64,000 nucleotides of DNA from contig JBEKPV010000004.1 in the NCBI GenBank assembly GCA_049520395.1, positions 4,672 to 68,671 on the forward strand. Reading direction: 5' to 3'. The stretch is from Tepidisphaeraceae bacterium (GTDB lineage Bacteria > Planctomycetota > Phycisphaerae > Tepidisphaerales > Tepidisphaeraceae). The notes below the pieces were generated by a model. It was not told where the DNA came from, made no database searches, and saw only the letters and a program-made list of their open reading frames with translations. The position numbers were made by a program, and so were the translations under genes. This document shows positions 8,593 through 17,600 of the stretch, piece by piece (position 1 is the stretch's first letter; each line of letters opens with the position of its first letter).

Positions 8593-9450
8593 TTACGGAA
8601 GACGGACGTTCACCTGCAATCCGGCGGGCTTGTTTTCCTCGTTTTCCAATTCCAGGCGAACGGTCTGCTGATCGACCGTCGCATCCACCACGGGATCGAA
8701 ATAAATGACGGTTCCGGTGATCCAGTTATCCGGATCGCTCACATACGCGACCGAAAGCTTGTCGCCGAGTTTCAGTTTCTGCGTTTGCTCCATGGTCAGG
8801 TGCATGTCCACCCAGAGCGGCTTGATTTTGACGACCGTCAAGGCGCCGTCCGGCTGATTGGGATCGACGACTTCGCCGGAGTGAAGACTGACCTTCTCGA
8901 CGATTCCGTCGACGGGACTGAGCAATTTCATTTTGTCGACTTTAAGCTGTTGTTTGTCGAGTTCGGCCAATTTTTCGTCGTGAAGTTCCTTGGCCATTTG
9001 AATTTCAATGACGGCTTCGTCGTAATCGAGCTTGGCTTCCTCGACTTCCTCGAGATTCGCCGCCCCGCCGGTCTGGTAGGCCTTTTGTTTGTTTTGCCAC
9101 TGGCGACGCTTGGATTCGGCGTCGACCTTGGCGGCGTCGATCTTGCTGGTCGATTCCGCATCGATTTTCAGGGCTTTTAGATCCATTTCGTCCAGGTCGC
9201 TGTCTTCCTGGGCGAGGACTTGGCCGACGGTGACGACGTCGCCGGGCTTGACCAGCACATCCTTGAGCACGCCGACATCCATGAAGGAGAGATTGTGCTT
9301 TGAAGAGGGGGTGCTGAGGCCCTGAACGACGGTCGGGGTGGCGGCGGCCGTGGAATCCGGCGCGACGGCCGGCTCATCGGCGACGGCAGACCGAAGGAGA
9401 CAAACGCTCGACGCCACCAGGACGCTGTGGATCCATTTGCTGCGTTTCAT
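8593..9450 (-). CDS. Secreted HlyD-like / biotin-lipoyl-like periplasmic adaptor protein
   Basis: Signal peptide MKRSKWIHSVLVASSVCLLRSAVA follows ATG 9450, with GAGGAAG about 9 nt upstream. Lipoyl halves are VLVKPGDVVTVGQVLAQED and LLSPVDGIVEKVSLHSGEVV, flanking a Lys/Glu-rich coiled coil. I prefer this start over the track start at 9546. Confidence 0.65.
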   Translation of the reverse strand: MKRSKWIHSVLVASSVCLLRSAVADEPAVAPDSTAAATPTVVQGLSTPSSKHNLSFMDVGVLKDVLVKPGDVVTVGQVLAQEDSDLDEMDLKALKIDAESTSKIDAAKVDAESKRRQWQNKQKAYQTGGAANLEEVEEAKLDYDEAVIEIQMAKELHDEKLAELDKQQLKVDKMKLLSPVDGIVEKVSLHSGEVVDPNQPDGALTVVKIKPLWVDMHLTMEQTQKLKLGDKLSVAYVSDPDNWITGTVIYFDPVVDATVDQQTVRLELENEENKPAGLQVNVRLP

Positions 9451-9713
9451 GATTAAAGACTTCCTCACCGCGTCAAGAAAGCTGAACCGCGCCCTCCCCA
9501 AGGGGCTGGGCTGGCGAGCATAAGCGCCGCCAAACAACCTGTCCACGACAAAATTGCGATCCTACCCAGCTTAAATAGCGCTTGGTCGAATCAGCCCGGG
9601 GCCTTCGCAGACCCCAATTATTATCGGCAATTTCGATTGCGGTCCATTTGGGAATCATTCGTAAACCCATAATGTCTGGTTAGTTATATCGTATCTGTCG
9701 ATCCTGACGGAAG

Positions 9714-10094
9714 TTATCGGTAGCCCAGTTGCTCCAGATCCTCTTCCTTCAATCCGAAAAGGTGGCCAATTTCATGCAAGACGGTGATGCGCACCTGGCG
9801 GATGAGGTCGGGCTCGGAATTGCAGACGGATTCGATTGGTTTTTGGAAGATATAGATGACGTCGGGGAGGACGCCGGAATCTTCCACATGGCGAGCGGTC
9901 AGCGGCCGGCCGTGGTAGAGGCCGAGCAGGGTCGATCCCGGCCCGACGCCGGCGGTCTGAAGCTGTTTGGCGGAGGGATAATCCATCACCTCGACCGGAA
10001 CTTCCTCGAGGAATGAGGCGAATTGCGGCGGTAACTCGGCCAGCGCCCGCTCCACGAGCTTGGAGAATTGCGCTTTGCTCACCGAGCAGGGCAC
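9714..10094 (-). CDS. Small zincin-like metallopeptidase family protein (DUF1025 / COG3824-like)
   Basis: 126 aa with a C-terminal HEIGHLFGLKEEDLEQLGY (HExxH) motif, typical of this small family. Confidence 0.65.
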   Translation of the reverse strand: MPCSVSKAQFSKLVERALAELPPQFASFLEEVPVEVMDYPSAKQLQTAGVGPGSTLLGLYHGRPLTARHVEDSGVLPDVIYIFQKPIESVCNSEPDLIRQVRITVLHEIGHLFGLKEEDLEQLGYR

Positions 10095-10151
10095 GGCTAA
10101 AATCTCCCGACAACGGCAAACATTGTAACACCCTTGGAAAAAGAGGAATTC

Positions 10152-11123
10152 ATGCGAACCGGCCTGTTTCTCGGTCTGGCGCTTTTGCTATCTGGATGCG
10201 GAATGCCCAGTTTTCTGGTTACTCCCGTTTCAGGAACATACGAATTGCATGAGGAGGTGGTTCAGCCGGGAAAGGGGCTTTTTCCCGATAAAATCGCATT
10301 GATTCCGGTCGAAGGCATGCTGCTGGACGCGCGTAGCGGCGGGTTGCTGCAGGCTCAGGAGAATCCGATGAGCCTGTTTATCGAGGAACTGGATCAGGCG
10401 GCGGCCGATCCGTCGGTTAAGGCGGTGGTTTTGCGGGTCAATTCGCCGGGGGGGTCGGTGACGACATCGGACACGATGTACGACGCGATTCTTCGATTCA
10501 AGGACAAGACGCACAAGCCGGTGATCGCCTCGGCACAAGAGGTGGATGCCAGCGGGGCTTATTACGTGAGTTGCGGGGCGGACAAGATCGTGGCCAGTCC
10601 GACCAGCGTGGTGGGGAGCATTGGGGTGATTTTCGAGACGTTCGATTTCGTGGGGACCATGCAAATGCTGGGGGTTCAATCGGACGCGATTAAGAGCGCG
10701 GAATTGAAGGATATGGGGTCGCCCTTCAAGCATATGACACCGCACGAGCGTGCGCTGATGCAGGAAATGGTCAACGAGTATTACGCTCGATTCAAGTCGG
10801 TGGTGTTTAGTCACCGATCCATCAAGGACGCGGATACGCAGACGCTGGTGACCGACGGACAGGTTTTCAGCGGTGAAAAGGCGGTTGATTTGGGTTTGGT
10901 CGACGAAACGGGCCGGCTGGACGATGCGCTGGATATGGCCAGGCAGATGTCCGGAAGCCCCGATGCCGAGGCAGTGATGTACAAGCGACCCTACGGCTAT
11001 ACCGGCTCGATCTATGCGGATACCTCGGTTCCGACGCCCAGCAGTAGCTCACAGATGAACCTTCAGCTCCCCCTCGCCCAAGAAATGGTGCCCAGCGGGT
11101 TTTATTACCTGTGGCGGCCGTAA
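10152..11123 (+). CDS. sppA: Signal peptide peptidase SppA, 36K type (lipoprotein-like N-terminus)
   Basis: Motifs VLRVNSPGGSVTTSD, ASGAYYVSCGADKIVASPTSVVGSIGV and a lipobox LLLSGCG. ATG 10152 is preceded by AAGAGGAA. The track start at 10134 is a TTG. Confidence 0.8.
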   Translation: MRTGLFLGLALLLSGCGMPSFLVTPVSGTYELHEEVVQPGKGLFPDKIALIPVEGMLLDARSGGLLQAQENPMSLFIEELDQAAADPSVKAVVLRVNSPGGSVTTSDTMYDAILRFKDKTHKPVIASAQEVDASGAYYVSCGADKIVASPTSVVGSIGVIFETFDFVGTMQMLGVQSDAIKSAELKDMGSPFKHMTPHERALMQEMVNEYYARFKSVVFSHRSIKDADTQTLVTDGQVFSGEKAVDLGLVDETGRLDDALDMARQMSGSPDAEAVMYKRPYGYTGSIYADTSVPTPSSSSQMNLQLPLAQEMVPSGFYYLWRP

Positions 11124-11131
11124 GTTGAAGA

Positions 11132-11488
11132 ATGATTCGAATTTCGTGCACAAGCTGCAAGGCCGTGCTGACGGTTGACGACGCCTTTGCGGGCGGGGTT
11201 TGCCGGTGCCAGCATTGCGGGACGATTCAAGTCGTGCCGGCGAATCTCAAGCCTGGCGCCAAGGCGGCGGTCGCGAAAACACCGGCGGTCGCGGGGAAAG
11301 CGCCCGGCGTTGCCGCGGCGGGCGGTAGTTCGGGGACGGCGACGGCTTCCCTTCCGCAAAAAAGCGCCCCGCCGGCGAAGGGCGGGGTCCATCTGGACGG
11401 CAAACTGCTCAAACTCAGCGTCATCATCGCGTTCGTGTTGTTTTTGCTCCTGATCGCGGTGATTTTCATCTACATGCGCGAAGCATGA
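11132..11488 (+). CDS. Zinc-ribbon protein with a C-terminal transmembrane helix (hypothetical)
   Basis: N-terminus CTSC...CRCQHC (two CxxC pairs), an Ala/Gly/Pro-rich linker, then the hydrophobic LSVIIAFVLFLLLIAVIFIY. Confidence 0.5.
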   Translation: MIRISCTSCKAVLTVDDAFAGGVCRCQHCGTIQVVPANLKPGAKAAVAKTPAVAGKAPGVAAAGGSSGTATASLPQKSAPPAKGGVHLDGKLLKLSVIIAFVLFLLLIAVIFIYMREA

Positions 11489-11753
11489 AGTGTCATTTCG
11501 TCGCAGGCGTGTCGGAACGCCTGGAAGTCCAGCGGTGTTTCCGGACTTGCGGGATGTGACGGAACAAGCAGCAGACGTCCGTTAAAACACTGTATCTGAT
11601 GCGAGTTGCGCTTAACGGCAGGGACGGCGCGGGCGGAGCCGAATGACTTATTCCTCATCACTTAACCAACAAATTTGCGACTGTGCGAAAATTTTCGCAA
11701 CGAAGTTGTAGGGAGATTGCCGATGAATTTAGCACAGGCCGCTGGGGCCTTTT

Positions 11754-12416
11754 ATGGGACCCAGCGCGGGAAATCCAGCGGTCGCCGATCAATTTAATTC
11801 GCGGGCGGACGTCGTTGTGAAAAAATCCAAACGTAAGGTTGTTGTCCTAACCACATTAGTGGCGTTGCTGACTTTCACGAGTGCGCTATTGCTGGCGCTG
11901 GCGCCGCCGCCTTTGAATGGCGATTCGTTCAGCAGTCTTTCCGCCAGCGATCGCGGGCAGTTCCTGGACGATATCTTCAAGACCGCCGTTCCGACCAAGG
12001 CGGATCAGTGGAAATACATTTACATTCACCACAGCGGGACAGCGGCGGGCAATGCCCAGACGCTGGCCTCGACGGGTGGGGAATTATGCGATCACTTTGT
12101 GATCGGCAATGGGCAGGGATGCCAGGACGGGGAGATTCAGATTGGTCCGCGCTGGAGCCAGCAGCAGCCTGCCGCCGCGCCGCCCGGAGTGGCGAGCATC
12201 GAACCGGATTGCATCAGCATCTGCCTGATCGGTGATTTTGATCATTCGATGCCGACGCCGACCCAATTGCGGCGGCTGACGGAACTGGTGACGACTCTGC
12301 AGAGCCAGATTCGGATTGCCGGGCAGCGGGTGATTGTATTGAACGAAACGGGGACGCCGAGCAGTGTGGGGCGCTATTTTCCGGTGACCGCGTTCCGCGA
12401 CCAGATTTTGCCCTAG
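11754..12416 (+). CDS. Membrane-anchored N-acetylmuramoyl-L-alanine amidase (Amidase_2 / PGRP-like) domain protein
   Basis: TM segment VVVLTTLVALLTFTSALLLALA, then WKYIYIHHSGT, HFVIGNGQGCQDGEIQIGPRW and ISICLIGDFDHSMPTPTQLRRLTELV, which match the Amidase_2 pattern. Confidence 0.6.
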   Translation: MGPSAGNPAVADQFNSRADVVVKKSKRKVVVLTTLVALLTFTSALLLALAPPPLNGDSFSSLSASDRGQFLDDIFKTAVPTKADQWKYIYIHHSGTAAGNAQTLASTGGELCDHFVIGNGQGCQDGEIQIGPRWSQQQPAAAPPGVASIEPDCISICLIGDFDHSMPTPTQLRRLTELVTTLQSQIRIAGQRVIVLNETGTPSSVGRYFPVTAFRDQILP

Positions 12417-12705
12417 TTAACGCGCGCCGCAAGACGGATTTTCTTGCCAACGGTGGGTCATTAGCATATTGTAAGGGGGCTTGTGGGACAGGCAGGGGAT
12501 CGGTCTGATGACGCCACGTCGTTTTGGCATTCCCCCTTCTTTTCCCAGACCGTTAGAGTACGTCGATTAGCGAATCGGCGCGTGCCCAGGCGGATGTTTT
12601 TATACTATCCGTTTTATCCTCCTCCTTGGGTTACCTTCTCGGCCTGTCGCCATCCGGCACGCGGGGGAGATCGCGCGTGCGATTCCGGATGGATCGTGAA
12701 GTGTA

Positions 12706-13554
12706 ATGCCGCAGAAGCTCCTCAATTACGAGGTCCTGGAGCGCTTGGGAGAAGGTGCGCGTAGCGTGATCTACGCCGTCAGCGACCCGGCGACTCGTCA
12801 GGTCTACGCCCTTAAGCATGTGGTGCGCAGTGAGGTCAAGGACATCCGCTTCATCGAACAGATGGAGGCGGAGTTCGAGATCAGCAAGCAGTTTACCCAT
12901 CCAAATCTACGGCGGTCCTTTGACTTGAAGGTCATCAAGACCCTCATGAGGAGGGTGACGGAAGCGTTTTTGCTCATGGAGTTGTTCGACGGCAAGCCGC
13001 TGGATGTACGGCCGCCGGAGGGGATGATGAATATCCTGGATACGTTCATCCAGGCGGCGCAGGGTTTGAAGGCGATGCACGCGCTGGGGTTTGCGCATTG
13101 CGATATTAAGCCGAACAACATTTTGCGCAACGATGCGGGGCTGGTGAAGATCATCGATTTTGGGCAAAGCTGTAAAATCGGGACGGTGAAGGAGCGGATT
13201 CAGGGGACGCCGGATTACATCGCTCCCGAGCAGGTCGCACGGCGGCCGATTTCGGTTCAAACCGATGTCTATAACCTGGGCGCGACGATGTACTGGGTGG
13301 CCACCCGGACCAATATCCCGACGCTTTATACGGTTAACAAAAAGGGTGAGAACAGCTTCCTGCTGGACCAGACGATCCAGACGCCTGAGCAACTAAACCC
13401 GCGCGTTCCCGCTGGACTGTCGAATCTGATCATGGAATGCGTGGCGACGCGCCCGGCCAAACGGCCGGCGGATATGGATCAGATCATCACGCGGCTGGAA
13501 CTGGTTAAGCACGTGCTTGGCAAATCGGATATCTCGCTGGGGCAGACGGGTTAG
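12706..13554 (+). CDS. Serine/threonine protein kinase (kinase domain only, 282 aa)
   Basis: Hanks motifs YALKHV, HCDIKPNNIL, DFGQS and GTPDYIAPEQ. Confidence 0.85.
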   Translation: MPQKLLNYEVLERLGEGARSVIYAVSDPATRQVYALKHVVRSEVKDIRFIEQMEAEFEISKQFTHPNLRRSFDLKVIKTLMRRVTEAFLLMELFDGKPLDVRPPEGMMNILDTFIQAAQGLKAMHALGFAHCDIKPNNILRNDAGLVKIIDFGQSCKIGTVKERIQGTPDYIAPEQVARRPISVQTDVYNLGATMYWVATRTNIPTLYTVNKKGENSFLLDQTIQTPEQLNPRVPAGLSNLIMECVATRPAKRPADMDQIITRLELVKHVLGKSDISLGQTG

Positions 13555-13671
13555 CGAAGCGAGGAGCTTCGCTCGTCGTCGACGGATGGGCCTGGGGTGG
13601 TTGCGCGGCTTATTGGGGCGATTTCGGGGAGACTTGACCGCCTGCCTACAATCAGGTGAAAGGCGGAAGTC

Positions 13672-14652
13672 ATGACGCAAACAATTGATTTTGCGCCCGG
13701 CGATACGGCTTTGCTGGACGCTTATTCTCGAGCCGTGATCGGGGCGGTCAAACAGGTCAGCCCGGCTGTCGTTAATATCGAGGTTCGTAAGGGCGATTCG
13801 CCGGAAGGCCGGCGCGGACAGCGCGGAGGCGGCGGGAGCGGGTCGGGGTTTATCTTTACCCCGGACGGATTCATTCTCACCAACAGCCATGTTGTCCATG
13901 ATGCAGGTCGGATCGAGGCGAGTTTGCCCGATGGGCGGAAATTCCATGCGGAACTCGTGGGGGACGATCCGGATACGGATTTGGCGGTGGTGCGCATCGA
14001 CGGGCCGAATTTGCCGCATGTGGTGCTGGGGGATTCCTCGGCATTGCAGGTGGGGCAATTGGTGGTGGCGATCGGGAATCCGTATGGGTTTCAATACACG
14101 GTGACCGCGGGCGTCGTTAGCGCCACGGCCCGCAGTTTTCGATCCAATTCGGGACGATTGATCGACAACATTATTCAGACCGACGCGGCCTTGAATCCGG
14201 GCAATAGCGGCGGGCCGCTGGTTAGCAGCCAGGGGGAAGTGATCGGCGTGAACACGGCGGTCATTCTTCCGGCGCAGGGATTGTGCTTTGCGATCCCGAG
14301 CAATACGGCGACGTTCGTGGCGGCACAGCTGCTGCGGTTTGGGCGGGTGAAACGGAGTTACATCGGGCTGGGCGGGCAGGATGTGCCGCTGCACCGGAAA
14401 CTGGTCCGGTTTCATAATCTGGAGAACGATTATGGGGTTCTGGTCTCGCAGATCGAGCCGGAAAGCCCGGCGGCGGCGGCGGAGCTTCGTGAAGGCGATA
14501 TCGTCGTGCGGTTCGATTCCGAGGCGGTGGCGCGGGTGGACGATCTGCATCGACTGCTGACCGAGCAGCGGGCGGGGAAGAGCGCGGATATGGAGGTGCT
14601 GCGCGGGACGGAGAAATTGACGGTGAAGATTACGCCGCGGGAGAAGCCGTGA
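13672..14652 (+). CDS. HtrA/DegP-family trypsin-like serine protease with a C-terminal PDZ domain
   Basis: GSGFIFTPDGFILTNSHVV (His), DLAVV (Asp), GNSGGPLV (Ser), then a PDZ-like tail (SYIGLGGQDV...GVLVSQIEPESPAAAAELREGDIVV). Confidence 0.85.
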   Translation: MTQTIDFAPGDTALLDAYSRAVIGAVKQVSPAVVNIEVRKGDSPEGRRGQRGGGGSGSGFIFTPDGFILTNSHVVHDAGRIEASLPDGRKFHAELVGDDPDTDLAVVRIDGPNLPHVVLGDSSALQVGQLVVAIGNPYGFQYTVTAGVVSATARSFRSNSGRLIDNIIQTDAALNPGNSGGPLVSSQGEVIGVNTAVILPAQGLCFAIPSNTATFVAAQLLRFGRVKRSYIGLGGQDVPLHRKLVRFHNLENDYGVLVSQIEPESPAAAAELREGDIVVRFDSEAVARVDDLHRLLTEQRAGKSADMEVLRGTEKLTVKITPREKP

Positions 14653-17600
14653 CGGCTGGGGGTTCGATCTGGGACGCGGATGGGACGAGCTCTGGCGTCA
14701 GGGCCGCTTCGGCGGCGGCCCGCGCCCGCTCCATTTTCGGATAGCGGACTTCGCGGTAGCCGGTGACTTCTTCGGGGGATTTCAGGGCGAGAAGCGCCTG
14801 GTCGTATGAGGCGTCGTCGGAGAGATTCACCCGGTCGAGCAGGTCCGTGTACCAATCGCGGAAGGCGACTTCGCGGTGATGCCAGCCGGGCAGGCGGCGC
14901 CACCATTTCATGCAGCGGACGATTTGCAGCTGCCAGTCGGAGGTGGTGATCCGGAATCGGATGCGGCGCTTGCCGAGGTTGAATTCGGGGTTGGTGTGAT
15001 GGCGGTAGCGGAGGCGATCGCCGTTGAGCGTGTCGATGTTGTATTTCACGAGGTCGCGCTGTCTCTTTTCGTATCGCGTCAGGAGATAGGCGACGTACGG
15101 CTCGTCCTTGATGAGAGTCACCTTGGCGAGATTCCAGATGGCGGCGACCGTGGCGGCGAAGCCGCGTTCGGCGCGATCGCGCTTGTAGATGCCGCGGACG
15201 GATTCGATATAGCGGCGGGCGGCGGCGAAATCCTGATACTGGGCTACGTCGTAAATTCGCAGGGCCAGGTCGTATTTCGCCGGATCGGGGAGGCTGCGCA
15301 TCTGTTTGATGGAACTGACCACCAATTTTTCATAGCGGCGCGAGACGATAGCGCCCCAGAGGCGGGTTTTGCGCAGGACGCGGATTTTATTGGTGACCAG
15401 TTGCTCCCAGGTTTCGGGCTGCGGTTTTTTGGGCAGGGCGTGCGGCTCCAGGGCGAGCTTTCGTCCGATGTTGAAGGCTTTGACGTTTTTACGGTGGTCG
15501 CGGCGAATGGTGTCCTTGATCGCCCAGGCAACCGAGCGCGTGGAGACCGGGATCAGGCCGAGCTGATAGGCGACGCCGAGCATGAGGATGTTGACGAACT
15601 GCTTGCTGCCCAGGCGGCGCTCGCAGATTTCGGCCCAATTGGCGGCGTAGCTGAGCTGCGGATTGCAATGCTCGAGAATTTCCTCGCGCAGGACTTCGGG
15701 ATCGAAATCTTCCTTGCCCAGGAGGGTGTAGACGGTGGGCTGTTTGTGGAGATTGAGGACGGCGGCCGTGTGTTCGGGAGAGGCGATGCGGAACTGCTCG
15801 CGCGGATCGATGGCGCGGGCGGCCTCGAGGACGTCGATGCCGAGGAGGAGATCGGCTTTGCCGTAGGGGATGGAGCCGCTGGTTGGCGGGGAGCCGGGGG
15901 ACGATTCGGAGTGATTGACGAAAGTGATTTGGGAGAAGACGCCGCCGTTACGGATGGCGAGGCCTTTTTTGTCCTGGAAGGCGACGTGATAGCCTTCCTT
16001 GTGACCGGCGCGGACGAGGATGGCGCCGACGACGCCGATGCCCATGCCGCCGACGCCGCTCATGTGGACGCGCCAGATTTTTCCCGGTTCGGTCATGTCG
16101 TGGACCTTTTTGGGTTCGGGAAGGCGCGCGAGATCCATGTTGGGCAGCGTGTAGCGGCGGCGCTTGTGGCGGATGACGGTTACCTGCTCGAAGCTCGGGC
16201 AGGGCTTGACGGATTCGGCGATTTCGTTGCTGGTGCGCACGCGTTCGCAGGCGCCGTCGTTGACGCACCAGGTGAGATCGGTGTCGATTTTTTTGCCGTA
16301 ATCGGTTTCCAGAGTCGTCAGCCCCGGGCAGGCGGTGGCCTTGGTGCATTCGAGGCAGTTTTCGCAGACTTCGGGGGTGATGTTCATGTGGGTTTTTTTG
16401 GGGAGATATCCGAAGTCCTTGATGATTTGCCGTTCCTGGCGGAATTGTTTGCGGTTGTAAGTGATGCCGCATTCTTTGTCGGCGATGACGACTTTTACGC
16501 CGCCGGCGAGGATGGCTTTTTCGAGAGCGGCTTTGTAATTGGTTCGATCGGCGGGGGAGAGTTTTACGACGGTCAGGGGGCTGGTTCCGGCCATGGCGCG
16601 GACGATTTGTTCAATGTCCTGGATATAGGAATGGTTGCCCAGGACGTCGAGTTCGGTGCCGGGGTGTTCCTGGTGGCCGGTCATGGCCGTGGTTTTGTTT
16701 TCGAGAATGATGTAGGCGATGTCCTGATTGGCCTTGATGGAATTGCTGATGGCGATTTGGCCGGAATGGAAGAAGGTTCCGTCGCCCATGAAGACGAGTT
16801 GTTTGTTGGTGATGAAGGGGTCGATCCCGGAGCCGGTTCCGCCGCCGAGGCCCATGCCGCTGTAGTTGTGCATGAGTTGTTCGGTGGGGGCGAACATGAG
16901 CATGGTGTAGCAGCCGGTGTCGCCGTGGGCGACGAGGTCGACGGTGCCCATGTTGTGCTTGCGGCTCATATAAGCCGGGTCGGCGAAATTTTGGCGGATT
17001 TCCAGGAGGGCGGCGGAGCTGTCGCGGTGCGGGCAGCCGGGGCAGAAGGTGGGGGTGCGGGCGACGACTTTCTTGTTGAAGACTTCGAGCTTGGGTTTGC
17101 TGGCGGCGCGGAGGCGATGGATTTCGGCGCTGAGCCGGCCGTTGCGTCGCGGGGCGGGGATTTCCTCCATATCCTGGAAGAGGGGTATTAGCTTTTGGGC
17201 GAGCACGGAATAATTCAGGCCGCGGGTTTCGGGGATGCCTTCGTGTCCGCCGGGGAAAGTTTTGCCGAAGAGGCGGCTGGTCAGCTCGGCGGCCTCGGCG
17301 TGGGGAAGGACGTGGAAGGCTTCGTCGCGAATGTTCTTTTCCAGGAAACTTCGCCGCTCCTCGATGACGATCATGTTTCGGCAAAGCGCGGAAAATTCCT
17401 GAACGAGCTGCGCGTCGGCGGGATAACTCAAGCCCATCTGCAGGATCGGGAAAAGACCCAGCATTCCCAAATCGGAAAGCACGTGATTGAGATAGGGCCC
17501 GGCCATCCCCGTGACGATGAAACCGATGGGGGCGGGCTCGGCGGATTTGTCGTGCGGAATGATCTTGTTGATTCCGAGCTGGCGAGCGACGCGCATGGTG

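Noticed and set aside
9451-9713. A sigma70 promoter for the SecA-like operon (TGGACC ... GATAAT on the minus strand).
   Set aside because: The -35 match is only 4 of 6 and the spacer is 15 nt. This is too weak to report as a feature.
11489-11753. The 265-nt gene-free stretch, with several short stems, considered as a possible small RNA. The track also lists ORF 11470..11661 (-).
   Set aside because: Only 5-6 bp stems with large loops were found, with no recognisable RNA family signature. The ORF has no RBS and poor composition. I left it unannotated.
14876-17191. Very long ORFs in the track lie opposite to or out of frame with real genes. Examples: 14876..17191 (+), 21720..23186 (+), 23340..25337 (+), 32139..34784 (-), 52830..54383 (+), 53836..56013 (+), 56493..58574 (+), 61422..63788 (+), 2298..3536 (+), 40584..41576 (-).
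   Set aside because: Their translations are Arg/Gly/Asp/Pro/His-rich low-complexity strings without motifs. Each fully overlaps a gene with clear family signatures (the ior gene, gltB, the kinase, moeA, the PD40 protein, GH28/ABC, the SecA-like gene, tuf). These are typical shadow ORFs of GC-rich DNA.
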